From: Eledone cirrhosa
Taxonomy: Eukaryota
Assembly (NCBI GenBank): GCA_964016885.1
Contig: OZ024740.1
Coordinates: 277,264,001-277,328,000, forward strand
Direction of reading: 5' to 3'
DNA: 64,000 nt
The position numbers and the translations under genes were made by a program. Under the pieces are notes generated by a model. It was given only the letters and a program-made list of their open reading frames with translations, made no database searches and was not told where the DNA came from. Numbering within the stretch: the first letter of the stretch is position 1; each line of letters begins with the position of its first letter. Positions 1 to 15,293 of this stretch are shown in pieces.

Positions 1-1260
1 AGGGAAACCCTCACCAAGATGGAGCGCGCGCTCTTCCAATTCCTTTGGAAGAGGCGGGCTCCTATGGTGAGGAGATCCATCTGCTGTCAACACCCTTCGA
101 AAGGAGGGCTGGGGATGCCGTGGCTAATGATGCGTAAACACGCATTAAGGCTACGGCACCTCTACGTATTCCTCACCGGACAACCGGTGTGGGCCTCGTT
201 TGTGAGACGAACCTTTCCCAGACTCGTCTCACTCACCGAGCTGCAATCCTGGGTCAAGCAAAGACCGAGAAAACTGGGCGCCTGGCACACTGAGTGTGCC
301 CAGGCGCTCACCGCCCTCTGGCAGGCGGATCCGGTTATCAGTGGAGACTCCACCGCAACATTCTATAGAGGGCTGGTACGCAGCAGGTGCGACGACGCCC
401 TCGGAGAAGCCCTAGACATGGAGGAGGACGAACTGGCCAGCCTGTTCGGTAGGACATTCAGCCCGGCACCTATGGACAACTTCGAGAAGTCCCTGGCCTG
501 GCAGTGCTACCGAGGGGCTTTACCCGTTCGAGAAAGGCTCTACAGACACGGGCGCCCGGGTAGGGACCCCGCCAAAAAGATCTGTCCCAGATGCGTGTGC
601 GACGAGGAAACCGTTGCACACGCATTGGTACACTGCTCGGGCGTAGCCGATCTGTGGGGCTATGTCGAACAACTGCTGTCAAGGGTGGGACCGATCCGGT
701 TGACCACCGAGTCTATTGTAATGATCAAGCCGCCTCCCCCCTTCAAAGATGAAGCAGAGGCGGTGTTTCTGTGCGTAATAGCCATGGCGAAAGAGGTTGT
801 ATGGTGGACGCGTCTGAAAGGACTGAGGTCAGGCACCTTTCTCTCTGGCCAACAACTGGTCCGTTTCTTCCGATATCATTTCGGAAGAAGGATCAGGATG
901 GAGAGAGAGGTGCTGCACCCCAGCCGTTTCTATGAAAGATGGGTGAAAGTGGCGAGAATGGCCCGTGTGAATGGGCCTTCACTCTACATCAGACTATAGG
1001 TGAGGAAGATGAAAGACCAAGGGAGCACCCCTTCTCTGTGCTCCTGAGGAGAAGGGTTGCACACTTTTTTCGGGGGTGTGTGCGACCCCCCAAGGCGCCT
1101 CCTCTCTATTGAGGATTTTGTTAAAAATTTTATTTTTTGTTATATCTTATTTTATTTTTATATTTTGTTATTGCCTCCTCCTTATTGAGGACGCCTTTTT
1201 GTGTAAACTCCCCCCTTTGTACTTGTCCCACTTTTGATGCCCTAGTGGCAAATAAAAGAA
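1..1260 (+). mobile_element. Tx1/L1-clade LINE, 3' part (copy A), runs off the window start
   Basis: The ORF2 C-terminus is followed by a 3' UTR ending gtggcaAATAAAagaa and then (ATCT)n at 1263-1318. Confidence 0.9.
19..999 (+). CDS. C-terminal part of Tx1-type LINE ORF2 (post-RT region and zf-RVT CCHC finger)
   Basis: Motifs FLWK..., KGGLGMP and CPRC...ETVAHALVHC. The frame is open for 326 aa and the true start lies upstream of the window. Confidence 0.85.
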   Translation: MERALFQFLWKRRAPMVRRSICCQHPSKGGLGMPWLMMRKHALRLRHLYVFLTGQPVWASFVRRTFPRLVSLTELQSWVKQRPRKLGAWHTECAQALTALWQADPVISGDSTATFYRGLVRSRCDDALGEALDMEEDELASLFGRTFSPAPMDNFEKSLAWQCYRGALPVRERLYRHGRPGRDPAKKICPRCVCDEETVAHALVHCSGVADLWGYVEQLLSRVGPIRLTTESIVMIKPPPPFKDEAEAVFLCVIAMAKEVVWWTRLKGLRSGTFLSGQQLVRFFRYHFGRRIRMEREVLHPSRFYERWVKVARMARVNGPSLYIRL

Positions 1261-1278
1261 ACATATCTATCTATTTAT

Positions 1279-1318
<40 letters not shown>

Positions 1319-1319
1319 A

Positions 1320-1443
1320 TTTGGGAAAATCGACTAACTTTTAAATTCCATCTGTGATAACATTTTACACGTTTTTATTGTATGTAAACTTCCCCCTTTG
1401 TATTTGTCCCCTTCTTTTGTGCCCCTGTGGCTAATAAAGAAAT
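1320..1443 (+). mobile_element. Very short 5'-truncated Tx1 3' end (copy B)
   Basis: tgtaaacttccccctttgtatttgtcccc...gtggctAATAAAga is homologous to the copy A end and is followed by (ATCT)n. Confidence 0.75.
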
Positions 1444-1667
1444 ATATCTATCTATCTATATATCTTCGTGGTTGATAGACGTGCATTACTTCGCTCCGGA
1501 TTTTTACGGATTATTGTTAAAAAAAACTGTGAGTTCATTGTTCAATTTGTTAGTATTGTTTAGATTAACCCCTTGTCTGGGCCTTCAAACGTTGAGTTAA
1601 CTAATGTTCGCCCCTTTTTGGGGCGAAATTTTCATCTCAAAAATCTGTGTAGACTTGGTAGTCAATA

Positions 1668-3444
1668 ATGGATCCCATTTCAACCTCGCACACTGTACTG
1701 AGTGCCACTCCCACTAAGAAAAGTGGTGGAGGGAAGGTAGGAGTACAAAGCTTGCAGCCTTCCCCCCTCGCCTTATCGAAAAACGTTGTAAATATTGCAA
1801 CCACGGAACCAAACCCGGTAAATAATACCAGCACCAACAAGAAGAATGACAATAACACCACAACCAACAACTGCAACAATAACAACACCAAGGAAAATAT
1901 GAACAACATCAACAACAGTGACAACAATAACAGCAACAAGAAAGACAACAACACCAAAACAACGTTCGCACAAACTGTAAAAAAAACAGATCTATACACG
2001 CCAATTGACATAACTAATGCAAAACAACTACTACAAGACGCAAAACAATACGTGACTATTGGACAAAACGGTGTTTTTAGGATCAATTCTCCACAGGTAT
2101 TGCGTAGAGAGGTTGTCCTGAAAACAGTGGTTTTCAGGACAATATCTGACGAAACTAGAAAACCAGCTCAATTATCACAAAATGAAATTGAGCTGGTTCT
2201 AAAAGATGCGATGAAGGACATAACCTCATCCAAAAAGGAAAACTGTTTGGTAGCATTTCGGTGAATGACCAGCCAACGGCACAAAAATACGCTGTATCAC
2301 CCATTGTGTCCCCCGTTTCACCTTTTTCCCCACATACAGGGGAAAAAGGACACAAAAAATAAAAATTATGAGTATCACACCAAATGTAAATATTTGGTGG
2401 ATACTATGTGGATTCATTGATTTTGATGAAGACAGGATAATCTCAATAGGAAAGTCCTTCGGAGGTGTATTTAGTGGGTCTAGCGTAGAAGTTCTGGTGC
2501 AAATGAGCCCAGAACGAATAGCTAATATCCCACAACGCGTGCCTCTGGACGGGCTAACCAATATAAACATTTCAGTAGAGGGTAGGCGGCCGTCATGTTA
2601 CCACGGCTTAAGCAGGGGTCACCTGAGGGCTGCCTGTCCTCAATTAATGAGTAAAAAAAAAAGGCTCTTCTGCCAACCCCGAACACAACAACACAACCAC
2701 CACCACGACAACAACAACAACAACCATAACAACACGGAAAAATACCAATTCAAGACACTGTCCCACCCAACCCCTCCCCACCTAAAACAAATACAAAAGC
2801 AACGACAACAAAACACCAAAATATACCCCTCCCCAACAACACGGAAGAGGACTCCGTATCAACGCCACCCAGTGACGACGAGGGAGAACCCTTCCAACAG
2901 GTGAAAAGGAAAAAAAGAAGGCACCACATTAACAAAAGTGCAACAAACACACAACCACCAGCACAATCATCACAAACATCACAAGCAAAAAAACCCACCC
3001 CTCCGAAAATATGACACATACAACAAAACGCAAAACACGCACAAGAACAACAAACAAAAACAAACACAACACAACAAAAACACTATACATACATTAACAA
3101 GAACAATAAAACTGATGAAAGCAATAGACAATAACCCTTCGGTGGAAACCGAAGGGATCACTTTCACCTACGTAGCGGGCAAACCGCACCTAAAGATGAT
3201 TAAGGTCCCAATGGATACCTATATAACACTGAAAAAGAACCATCCAATGGATGTGGGGGCCCCCTGCACCAAACCAATTAACCGCGTCCTATTGAAATAT
3301 TTCCCCACCCCCACCCCACCAAACACCACAACCCCACCACACACTGATGTCCTCACCCCACCACAAACCACCACCCCACCCAACAACCCTTCCAACACCC
3401 CCATGGAAATTGTGCAGCATTGTCCCCAGGAGACGAAGAGGTAA
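1668..3444 (+). pseudogene. Tx1 ORF1 (gag-like), frameshifted
   Basis: Pieces 1668-2264, 2368-2904 and 2938-3444. Degenerate zinc knuckle GRRPSCYHGLSRGHLRAAC and Asn/Thr-rich low-complexity tracts. Confidence 0.7.
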
Positions 3445-3485
3445 GTAATTTCTTTTCCTCTTCCTTTTAACTCTTCAGCACCAAC

Positions 3486-5534
3486 ATGGCCAATATATGA
3501 GTTGGATTTGTGAATGCGCGCGGCCTGGGGATGTCCTGGAAACAGGGCAAACTCTTAAATGACCTCAGGTCGCACAGAGTGAATGTAATGGCTATTTGCG
3601 AGTCCAGGATTAGCAGCGAGCGCCAACTGGCCCCCATCTTCGACGACTTTGAGATTTACGCATCTCTCTGTCTGCCGGAGGGTGGGTTGTCGTTCTGCTG
3701 CGAAAACACCTGGGCCTTTCCACACAGAAGGTACACCTGGACCGGGAGAGTCGACTGGTGGTTCTAGACGTCGGCAGTAGTGAAGGTGGAGCCTTCAGGC
3801 TGGTGGCAGCATATGCCCCATCTGGGACACCGCGACCGGACTTCTTCCGACGCCTAGAGATTTTTCTGGGAACGTCTCGCTCCTTTCTTTTAGTGGGGGA
3901 CTGAAATGGTATCCTGGATGCACGTTGGGACTATGTAGGGGCATGCCCCGATAGAGGGGGGGGTGTAACATCCTCAAACGGTTAATCGGCCGATTTGATC
4001 TGGCCGATAGATATCGACTAGATTTCCGACTGTGCCACTGTGGACGTGGACTAATCGTAGTGGAACATCTAGGTCGTATCTAGATAGGTTCCTAGTTAGA
4101 AATAAGGATAGGGACATATTAAGATGTCCACAAATGTTCATGGTTGACTATTCGGATCACAAGTTGGTGACCGGAGTGGTCAACCTTGCTAGAACCCATA
4201 GACAAGGACCCGGTTACTGGAAGCTAAACTTGTCCTTACCGACAAACAAAGCTTACAGTAAGCGGATTAGCACTCTAGTTAAGCAGCGGTTGACGGGGGA
4301 AATTATCAACAGCAGGTGGTGGGGATTCTCAAGAGAGAAATTAGAATAGAATCGATAGGTTTTAGTCAGGAATTAGCATCAGATAGGAATAGAACTGAAA
4401 GGGAATTGATAGATAGAGTAGAAGAGGCGATTACGAGTGGAAACGTGGCCGGCGTGCTGGCGTCAAGAACGGTCCTAGACCAGTTCTTTGACGCGAAGCA
4501 CGAGGGCTCCGTTGTCAGGAGTAAAATACGTGCTCTGGGTAACGAGGGAGCCAAAGCTGTTAGCTGGGCCCGAGTGACAGAGGCAAAAAGTGGCAACAAG
4601 TCCACGATTCGGTCTTTGAAGGACCAAGACTGACGCGTGATCCTTGAACCTGAGTGGATGTGCGCAGCCTTTCAACGGCGCTTTGCACGACTGTCCGGGA
4701 GGGGCAGCGGGCCGGGTGAGGCCATGGATTTCGGTCCATACCTCGACGGTCTGCCGAGGCTCTCGGACGGGGAGGCGAAGTCCTGCGAAAGGCCGATTTC
4801 AGCGGCTGAAATAGGGGAAGCGCTGAGCCAATGCGGCAAACGCAAATCTCCGGGTCTCGATGGTCTACCATACGAACTTTATGTAGCGATGCCGGACTTG
4901 TTCTCCGGTCTCCTCGAGGCGGTCTACTGCAACTGGCAACAGAACGGGAGAATTCCCAGTTCTGTGACCAAGGGCGTAGTCACGCTGGTGAGGAAAGACG
5001 AGAACAAGGGGATGACATAGATAACTTCAGGCCCATAACTCTGTTATACACAGAGTTAAAGATTTTGGCCAAGGTGTTAGCGAAGAGGTTGGCGCTTGTC
5101 GTCGGGAACCTGGTGGGAGAAGCGCAGACATGCGCAATCCCGTCCAGGTCCATACACGGCAACCTCCACCTCATGCGATATATCGTAGAGAGGGTAGGGA
5201 ACGAACCCGGCTTTGGTGGGGCCCTGATCAACTTGGATCAATCTAAGGCGTTCGATAGGGTCGACCATCGTTACCTGGATGCGGTGCTCGCGGCGGCAGG
5301 CTTCGGACCCGTTTTCAGGGGCTGGATTGCTGCAATGCACAGCAGCAACAACGGCTGAGGTCAGAAACCTTTCTCTCCGGCCAACAACTGGTCCTTTTTT
5401 TCAAGTACCACTTTAGAAGAAGGATCAGAAGGGAAAGAGAGAGGTGCTCTACCCCAGCAAGTTTTATGAAAGGTGGGTGAAAGTGGCGAGAATGGCCCGA
5501 GTGAATGGGCCTTCTCTCTATATCAGCCTGTAGG
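3486..5534 (+). pseudogene. Tx1 ORF2 (APE endonuclease-RT) with multiple frameshifts and a deletion
   Basis: APE and RT motifs are spread over ORF fragments 3510-5358. RT domains 4-7 are missing. Confidence 0.85.
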
Positions 5535-5762
5535 TGAGAGAGGAGAGGAAGGGAGAACCCGCTCTTTCTGCTCCTGAAGAGGAGGGTTGCACATTTTTTT
5601 CGGGTGTGTGTGCGACCCACGCCAACGCCCCCTCCCCATTGAGGACTTCGATTGTTAAATTTAATTTATTATATGTTTTTTACACGTCTTATGAAATGTA
5701 TGTAAACTCCGCCCCTTGTATTTGTCCCAATCTTTGATGCCCTGGTGGCAAATAAATAGAAA

Positions 5763-5810
<48 letters not shown>

Positions 5811-6288
5811 GGAAAGGCGGTTTTCCTATGTGCTATGGCTATGGTGAAAGAGGTTATATGGTGGACGAGGTTAAAAGAGCTGAGGTCAGACACCTTTCTC
5901 TCGGCGAACAACTGATTGTTTTTTTCAAATATCATTTTGGAAGAATAATCAGGATGGAGAGAGAGGTGCTGTACTCCAGCAAATTTTATAAAAGGTGGGT
6001 GAATGTGGCAAATATGGCCCGAGTGTTTGGGCTTTCTCTCTATATAACCCTGTAGGTTGAGGAAAAAGAGGAAGAGAGGAAGGGAGTACTCACTCTTGGT
6101 GCTCCTGGAGATGAGGGTTGTACATTTTTTCGGGGTGTGTACAACCCCTGTTTAACGCCTTCCCCCTATTGGGGATTTCAATTGTTATTTGTTATTTTAT
6201 TAATAGTTTTATTTTCATATACCTGTATGTAAACTCCCCATTTGTATGTGTCCCCTTCTTTCGTGCCCTTGTGGCTAATAAAGAAATT
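5811..6288 (+). mobile_element. 5'-truncated Tx1 3' end (copy D)
   Basis: Starts immediately after the (ATCT)n of copy C. Encodes ...FFKYHFGRIIRMEREVL...SLYITL*, has the same 3' UTR and an (ATCT)n tail. Confidence 0.85.
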
Positions 6289-6322
6289 TATCTATCTATC
6301 TATCTATCTACCTGCCTATCGA

Positions 6323-6367
<45 letters not shown>

Positions 6368-6395
6368 TTAATATATATCTGTGTGTGTGTGTATA

Positions 6396-6498
6396 CAGGG
6401 TACCCCATAAAAACTATACACACTCACTTCAACAGCATTCTACTCGATATTGCCTTTACAGATAATCAAAGTCTGTATACATTTTTGATGACATCCTG
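6396..6498. mobile_element. Possible Tc1/mariner-type MITE
   Basis: ta|cagggtaccccataaaaactataca ... tgtatacatttttgatgacatcctg, with imperfect TIRs. Confidence 0.35.
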
Positions 6499-6759
6499 CA
6501 TATATATATATACATATTAGGTATTAATTTAACAATGAAAATAATAACAACAAATCGAGTTATTTTACCTATTCATATCATTTTATACGATCGTTTCGGA
6601 GGGTTGATCATATTGACATATTGTCTGATCTATACCAGTTATATAACTGTATACTATCAGACTTCATATATAGGTTCGATCAGACCGTCTTCTTCGGAAA
6701 CACATCAAGAAAACACCAAGGGTAGACCACACTAAGAAAAAAAAAATTATATATATATA

Positions 6760-6945
6760 TTAAAATAACAGATTAAAATTTAAGCAAAGAATCGCTGCTT
6801 TCACCCTTAACGGGATCTTGCTTAAACTTTAATCTGTTATATTAATAAATATTTGCTTTACGGTTCTTATATATTTGATATATATTTATCCTTATCGAGC
6901 CCTCTTTGGATTTTAGTCTTCAGATTTATTATATTACTATACATA
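6760..6945. mobile_element. Fold-back PLE terminal (pLTR) fragment; same family as 15000-15200 and 33145-33230
   Basis: ataacagattaaaatttaagcaa ... ttgcttaaactttaatctgttat inverted arms next to (TA)n. Confidence 0.65.
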
Positions 6946-6949
6946 TATA

Positions 6950-7130
<181 letters not shown>

Positions 7131-7662
7131 ATATAACACATAAGATTTTAACAACACAATTATAATTATGTATTTATTATATATTAAAGAAAATACAAAT
7201 GAAAGAAGGATTATGCAGCAGCAGTTATATATCTACCCGTTGAAACATTTGTGACTATTCACATTTATAAAATAATATATATTTCTAAAAGACAAACAGA
7301 AAGACAGATAGATGTCAGTTAGATAGACACTAAAACAGATACCTCTCACGTACATAGTAGTTGCCTGGATGCAGGTAGAATAATTACCAACTTTTATTTA
7401 CCAAAGTCTAGTTGACTCCAATTTAATTAAATGTTGTCCGTAATTACTTGGGCCCTAATTTCTGGCATTATTTTGCCTAAGGGCGATTAAAACGGAATGA
7501 GATTCTTCTAATTAACGTCTTGTTTAAAATATAAATTCCCTTAGGCTAGCTATGTTTTTATTGTAGTTATTTGTAATTAATTGTTATATCACCATACCAG
7601 TGTACAAATACTTCATATATAGAATAGAGTGCATGTGACACTTATAAGAAATACAATGTACA

Positions 7663-7724
<62 letters not shown>

Positions 7725-7736
7725 TGTGTGTGTGTA

Positions 7737-9443
7737 CAGTAATACATCGGTTAACACTCTAGATACGCGTTTAAAAATACAGCTCTAAATGAAACGGCAG
7801 TAATATAGCATAAATAGAGCTATATTACCTTCATAGGCTATTTATACCAGTAATACGAACATAAATAAAGATTTAGACATCGCCAAACGACCAAAAAAGC
7901 ACAAGCTTATCGCACTTTTCAAATGTATATTAATTTGACATGACCTCACAATCTGTGACCTACAGTTATGATAACATTAAAAAGAAAGAGTTTAATTAAT
8001 TAAGATCTAATGTTATAATAAAATGCTGATGTGGTTAAATGGATTAACTTTAATGACGAGTACCTGTTCTCCTTATATTCGTTTGGAAAGCAGTAAAGAT
8101 GAATGGAGTAAAAGTTACTGTATCTGACAGACGAGGCTGCACCTTGGTAAATTCTCTAAGAAGCTATCAAATATCATGTATGTAATCTTTAGGTCTTCTC
8201 ACACGAATCAATTCATGGCTATCATATCGGCTGGTGTATGATTTCATTTCAGTAGCAAATATCTTTTCTACTCTTCTCTGGTTATATGGTAGTTTCTTCA
8301 GAGCTCATTCGTGATGCTTCGCTAATCTAAGCCCTACAGCCCCTCAACAGATGGAACGTTACTATATGACTATTAAATCTTCCAGATCGATATTTTGCAT
8401 TCTTCCTACATTGGTTAGATCAGCAATGTCACTGATTACCCGCCCTAACTGGTACAATTTCTACTTCAAATTCTAGCAAATCATTATATGCTTCGAGCTT
8501 ATAGCTTCTTCCAAACTCTCCTTATGCAATTCTCGACTACTTTATCTCCAGCTCTTTTGTAATTACCGATGACAATTTTACAAAAGTTCATTGATAAATT
8601 GTTTGTCTTGGTGATTTACTTTTTATCAAATTGTTTGAAAGAGCGAAGATGTAGCTGGCCTTGATATTACAAATTACTGGCTGATTCATGAAGGTAGGAA
8701 GTGACATCTAATGCCAGGAAAACTACTTCGACAGAAATGCAAATCTCAAGGGTATAATATACTAGGTGAAACCTTGAACATTATTAATCATCACTAGTGT
8801 CTAAAATTATGTTCTAGGGTCTAGAAAATACGCCTGTGTCATAAAACCCTTTTGTGTTGATTTCCAAATCACAGGCAGATGCGTTTATGATATTTTTCTC
8901 GTTAACCTTTAAGTTTCTGAATTGTAGTATAAACGGTCTGTTCTGACTTCGGAAGATGAAAGTGTGGGATTGAACACTTTTCCAGAAAATACTTTTTTCA
9001 CCTACCTAGAATACAAGTTGTGGGTGGTAGATGCCACATGAAATGTTACTCTTAAGAATCTGGGGAAATTTGTTTTCGCTCAAGATATTTAGAACTGCAA
9101 CTACTCAAAACAGAATTTTTTCCGTTATATTAGCTTACTGTGAATGCTTCTAGATTTTCCGCATGAGCCTGTTGCCATACCACGTGGTTTTACATTACTA
9201 AGGCAGTATTTTTTTATAGTTTAGACCAGCTTTCAGTACATAAATTGGAAGATATTTTCGACTCAAGTTAAATAAATTGTGAACATTTCCAGGAATATAC
9301 ACGAGTACGTATCATGATTTCTTACATATTAGCTAACAACCTTCACAATAATATAGTGCTATCCCACTTAACATATTATCTCTATGAAAAAGCGCAATAG
9401 CATATTAGCGTGAAACGAGGTAGCGTTAAGCGGGTTGTTGCTG
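7737..9443 (-). mobile_element. Ancient Tigger/pogo-type DNA transposon fossil
   Basis: Imperfect TIRs: ta|cagtaatacatcggttaac at the left and cagcaacaacccgcttaac (reverse complement) at the right. Minus-strand remnants LPVIWKSTQKGFMTQ (~8835-8880) and VEVVFL..TS..MNQPVICNIKASY (~8650-8735) match the pogo DDE transposase consensus. Confidence 0.7.
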
Positions 9444-9495
9444 CATAAGCTGTACATGTGTGTATGTATATATATAAGAGATGTATATATATGTG

Positions 9496-12400
<2,905 letters not shown>

Positions 12401-12476
12401 GATAGATAGATAGAGAGATAGATATGCGCGCGCGCGTGTGTGTGTAGGTATGTGTGTGTGTGTGTGTGTATGTATG

Positions 12477-12507
<31 letters not shown>

Positions 12508-12643
12508 GTGTGTGTGTGTATGTATAATGTATACACATACAAATATGAAACTATGTCAATGATTTGGGGTGTAGAGTATCGAGGTTTAAGTACGAAATTC
12601 TAGGCCCTTGACTTCCTGATGTATCGTTACAACTATAGTATAC

Positions 12644-12694
<51 letters not shown>

Positions 12695-12897
12695 GGAACG
12701 AACGATCGACTTTCGTCAAATCGGACCGGCGAAACAATGTTTCCGTTGGTCTTTCCAATTGCTAATACTATCTATCGGTCGCAACTCCAGGTAGAAGGAG
12801 CAACGTGAAATAAAGTTCGATTCCTGTCCAGGAATCAAACTCACAACCTTACGATTGCGAATCCAATTCTCTAACCACACACCTTCATATATATATG

Positions 12898-12964
<67 letters not shown>

Positions 12965-12967
<3 letters not shown>

Positions 12968-13275
12968 ACTTCAAAATATTAATAAATATAGACATTCATG
13001 TGATCAAATATATTTTATTATACATATTTCAGAGGTACTGAGCAATTTCAACATAGTCAAGGTATGTCAGGCATCAACTTATTTTATCTGATGAGGACGT
13101 ACTGTTGAAATAGCTCAGTACCTCTAATAAAATATTTTTGATCACATGAATGTCTATATTTATTAATATTTGTAAGTAATATTAATAACTCCAGAAAACC
13201 CACTTGTAGAGTGCTTCTAATCTATTGTGAAACGTTATTCATTGATTAATTCATTGAACCTTGTTAAACTTTTAA
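12965..13275. mobile_element. Fold-back PLE pLTR fragment; family of 39985-43002 and 60250-61620
   Basis: Inverted arms caaaatattaataaatatagacattcatgtgatca / tgatcacatgaatgtctatatttattaatatttg surround a partly deleted hammerhead; adjacent to (TA)n. Confidence 0.7.
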
Positions 13276-13391
13276 TTACTCACTCATAACTTTGAATCAC
13301 CCTCAATAAAATATTTTTTCCACTATCCAGCGAACCTCAACCGTTAAGGTTGTCTTTATGCGGGTATGTCAATATTTATAAAACAAATTTG

Positions 13392-13457
13392 TATTTTATC
13401 TGATGAAAGCGCACCAAAATTTTCCTTGGTTGCCCTTGAAATATATATAATAAAATA
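13392..13457 (+). ncRNA. Minimal type I hammerhead ribozyme motif (PLE-associated)
   Basis: tattttat-CTGATGA-aagcgcaccaa...ttggttgccctt-GAAA-tatat-ATA-ataaaata. Stem I has 8 bp, stem II is imperfect, stem III is very short. Confidence 0.7.
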
Positions 13458-13591
13458 ATTATGGTTTTATAATTATAGTTTCCATTTATTAATATATTGA
13501 ATATTTACTCCACTAAATTGTTGAGTGCTTTATATCAGTTATAAAAAGGTTTAAGCTTGTTGAATCCCAACAAATTAAGTATAACCTCTGC

Positions 13592-13659
<68 letters not shown>

Positions 13660-13842
13660 CGTAAACAGAAATAACAACACATTCGGTACAGTATATGGAA
13701 GGGATATACTAATATACTAGGTTAACGCTTCGTATACATATATATATATTAATAAACTATAATAAAGTAAGGAGTGCGGGACTGCATCCAGATTATATTT
13801 TTTATCCCGTTTGTAAAATAAGTTGGATTACTTTGAATAAAT

Positions 13843-14180
13843 AATTATTTCTACTTTTGGCACAAGACCAACAATTACCCAGTACATTATTGGTACTTTA
13901 TTTTATCGACCCCGTAAGGATGAAAGGCAAAGTTAACCTCGGCGGGATTTGAACTCAGACCGTAGAGGGACGTAACTATGCTAGAAAACATGACGCCCAA
14001 CCCTCTACCGATACTGCCAATTCACCGCTCTTTGAATAACTAATTATTTCTACTTTTGGCACAAGGCCGACAATTATCCCAGTGCATTACTGCTACTTTA
14101 TTTTATCAACCTCGTAAGGACGAAAGACAACGTTTAATTTCGGCGGGATTTGAACTCAGACCATAAAGGGCCGTAACTCT
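13843..14180 (-). mobile_element. Two tandem copies of a tRNA-derived SINE
   Basis: A box TGGCAGTATCGG, B box GAGTTCAAATCC, core gcctttcatccttacggggtcgataaaataaagtacca, and an (ATT)-rich tail. Confidence 0.9.
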
Positions 14181-14860
14181 TTGAATAAATAATGAATGAA
14201 TATTACATAATTTATCTACTTAATTTCGTTATTCTTGATTAAATATATATAAATGTGTTGCTTATTTTAAGATTCACTTCTTTAAAATGTTCAAATGTCA
14301 ACATTTCCGGTTAGCGATCGCGTAAATATACATTCATATATTTCCGTCACTAATTTTCCTCTAATGCAGTTTATATATACTATCGTCTTTTTTTAATGTA
14401 TCGTGGATTACGGTACTAATTATAGAAGACAGTGTAACGCAGTCTTCGTTCAATTTCTGTGTATATTGTCAATTACGATTTTATTTGTTGTATCATATCT
14501 AATTGCATATATACTTGCGTATAATGTCACTATGCACACTATACATGCTAGCAGAAAACCACTCGAAGGGTGGTTTTTCTGCTAGTATATATAATGCAAG
14601 AAGCAAAGAAAATATCAGTGATACGAAAAGATTTCCTGGTGGAAGTTCAGGTAAACTCCGGGTGTATATCCAGTTTCAGGGTGAAAATCCAATTTGAAAA
14701 TCCAACGATCTAAAAAAATATATCATACACAAAACACCAATATCAACAGTTTTCCAAGAGATGGCAATATGAATGAACCTGTTATTTATCCCTAAAAAAC
14801 TTCTTTTTTTTTCCAATTCCACCTCACCCGTCACTTCAATCTTCCTAATTTATCATTCTT

Positions 14861-14896
14861 TCTTCTGATGAAGGACTAGCGTCCGAAATGTTAAGA
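14861..14896 (+). ncRNA. Minimal hammerhead motif in a PLE-type repeat (14730-14980; second copy 59880-60120)
   Basis: tctt-CTGATGA-a-GGAC-tagc-GTCC-GAAA-tgtt-aaga. Confidence 0.65.
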
Positions 14897-14999
14897 CTCT
14901 CTTCCTGCTATTTGAAGCGTTAACCTAATCTATTCCTTCCATATACTGTACCGATTGTGTTGTTATTTCTGTTTACCTTTTACATATATATATATATAT

Positions 15000-15200
15000 A
15001 TTAAAATAACATATTAAAGTTTAAGCAAAGAATCGCTGCTTTCACCCTTAACGCTAAGAGTGAAAGCAGCGATTCCTTGCTTAAACTTTAATTTGTTATT
15101 TTAATATATATATATATATATAGGGTTTTTATATATTTGATATATATTTACCCTTATCGAGCCTTCTTTGGATTTTAGTCTCTAAATTTATTATTATTAC
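15000..15200. mobile_element. Fold-back PLE terminus; near-perfect ~105-bp palindrome at 15000-15105
   Basis: ttaaaataac...gctgctttcacccttaacgctaagagtgaaagcagc...gttattttaa within (TA)n. Confidence 0.7.
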
Positions 15201-15293
15201 TCTGCCTTTCATCCTTACGGGGTCGATAAAATAAAGTACCAGTAATGCACAGGGTAATTGCTGGCCTTGTGCCTAACGTAGAAACAATTATTA
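15201..15293 (+). mobile_element. 5'-truncated tRNA-SINE
   Basis: Core and 3' tail of the same SINE family. Confidence 0.85.

Larger units (their letters stand above)
1465..5763 (+). mobile_element. Near full-length degenerate Tx1/L1-clade LINE (copy C) with an internal deletion in ORF2
   Basis: Order is 5' UTR, ORF1, APE (VGFVNARGL, SYLDRFLV, SDHKLV, GPGYWKLN) and RT (KSPGLDGLP, NFRPITLL, LDQSKAFDRVDH). At ~5355 the sequence jumps to the ORF2 C-terminus and 3' UTR; tail is (ATCT)n at 5765-5810. Confidence 0.9.

Noticed and set aside
1637-3404. Hydrophobic minus-strand ORFs resembling membrane proteins
   Set aside because: They are antisense shadows of the A/C-rich Tx1 ORF1.
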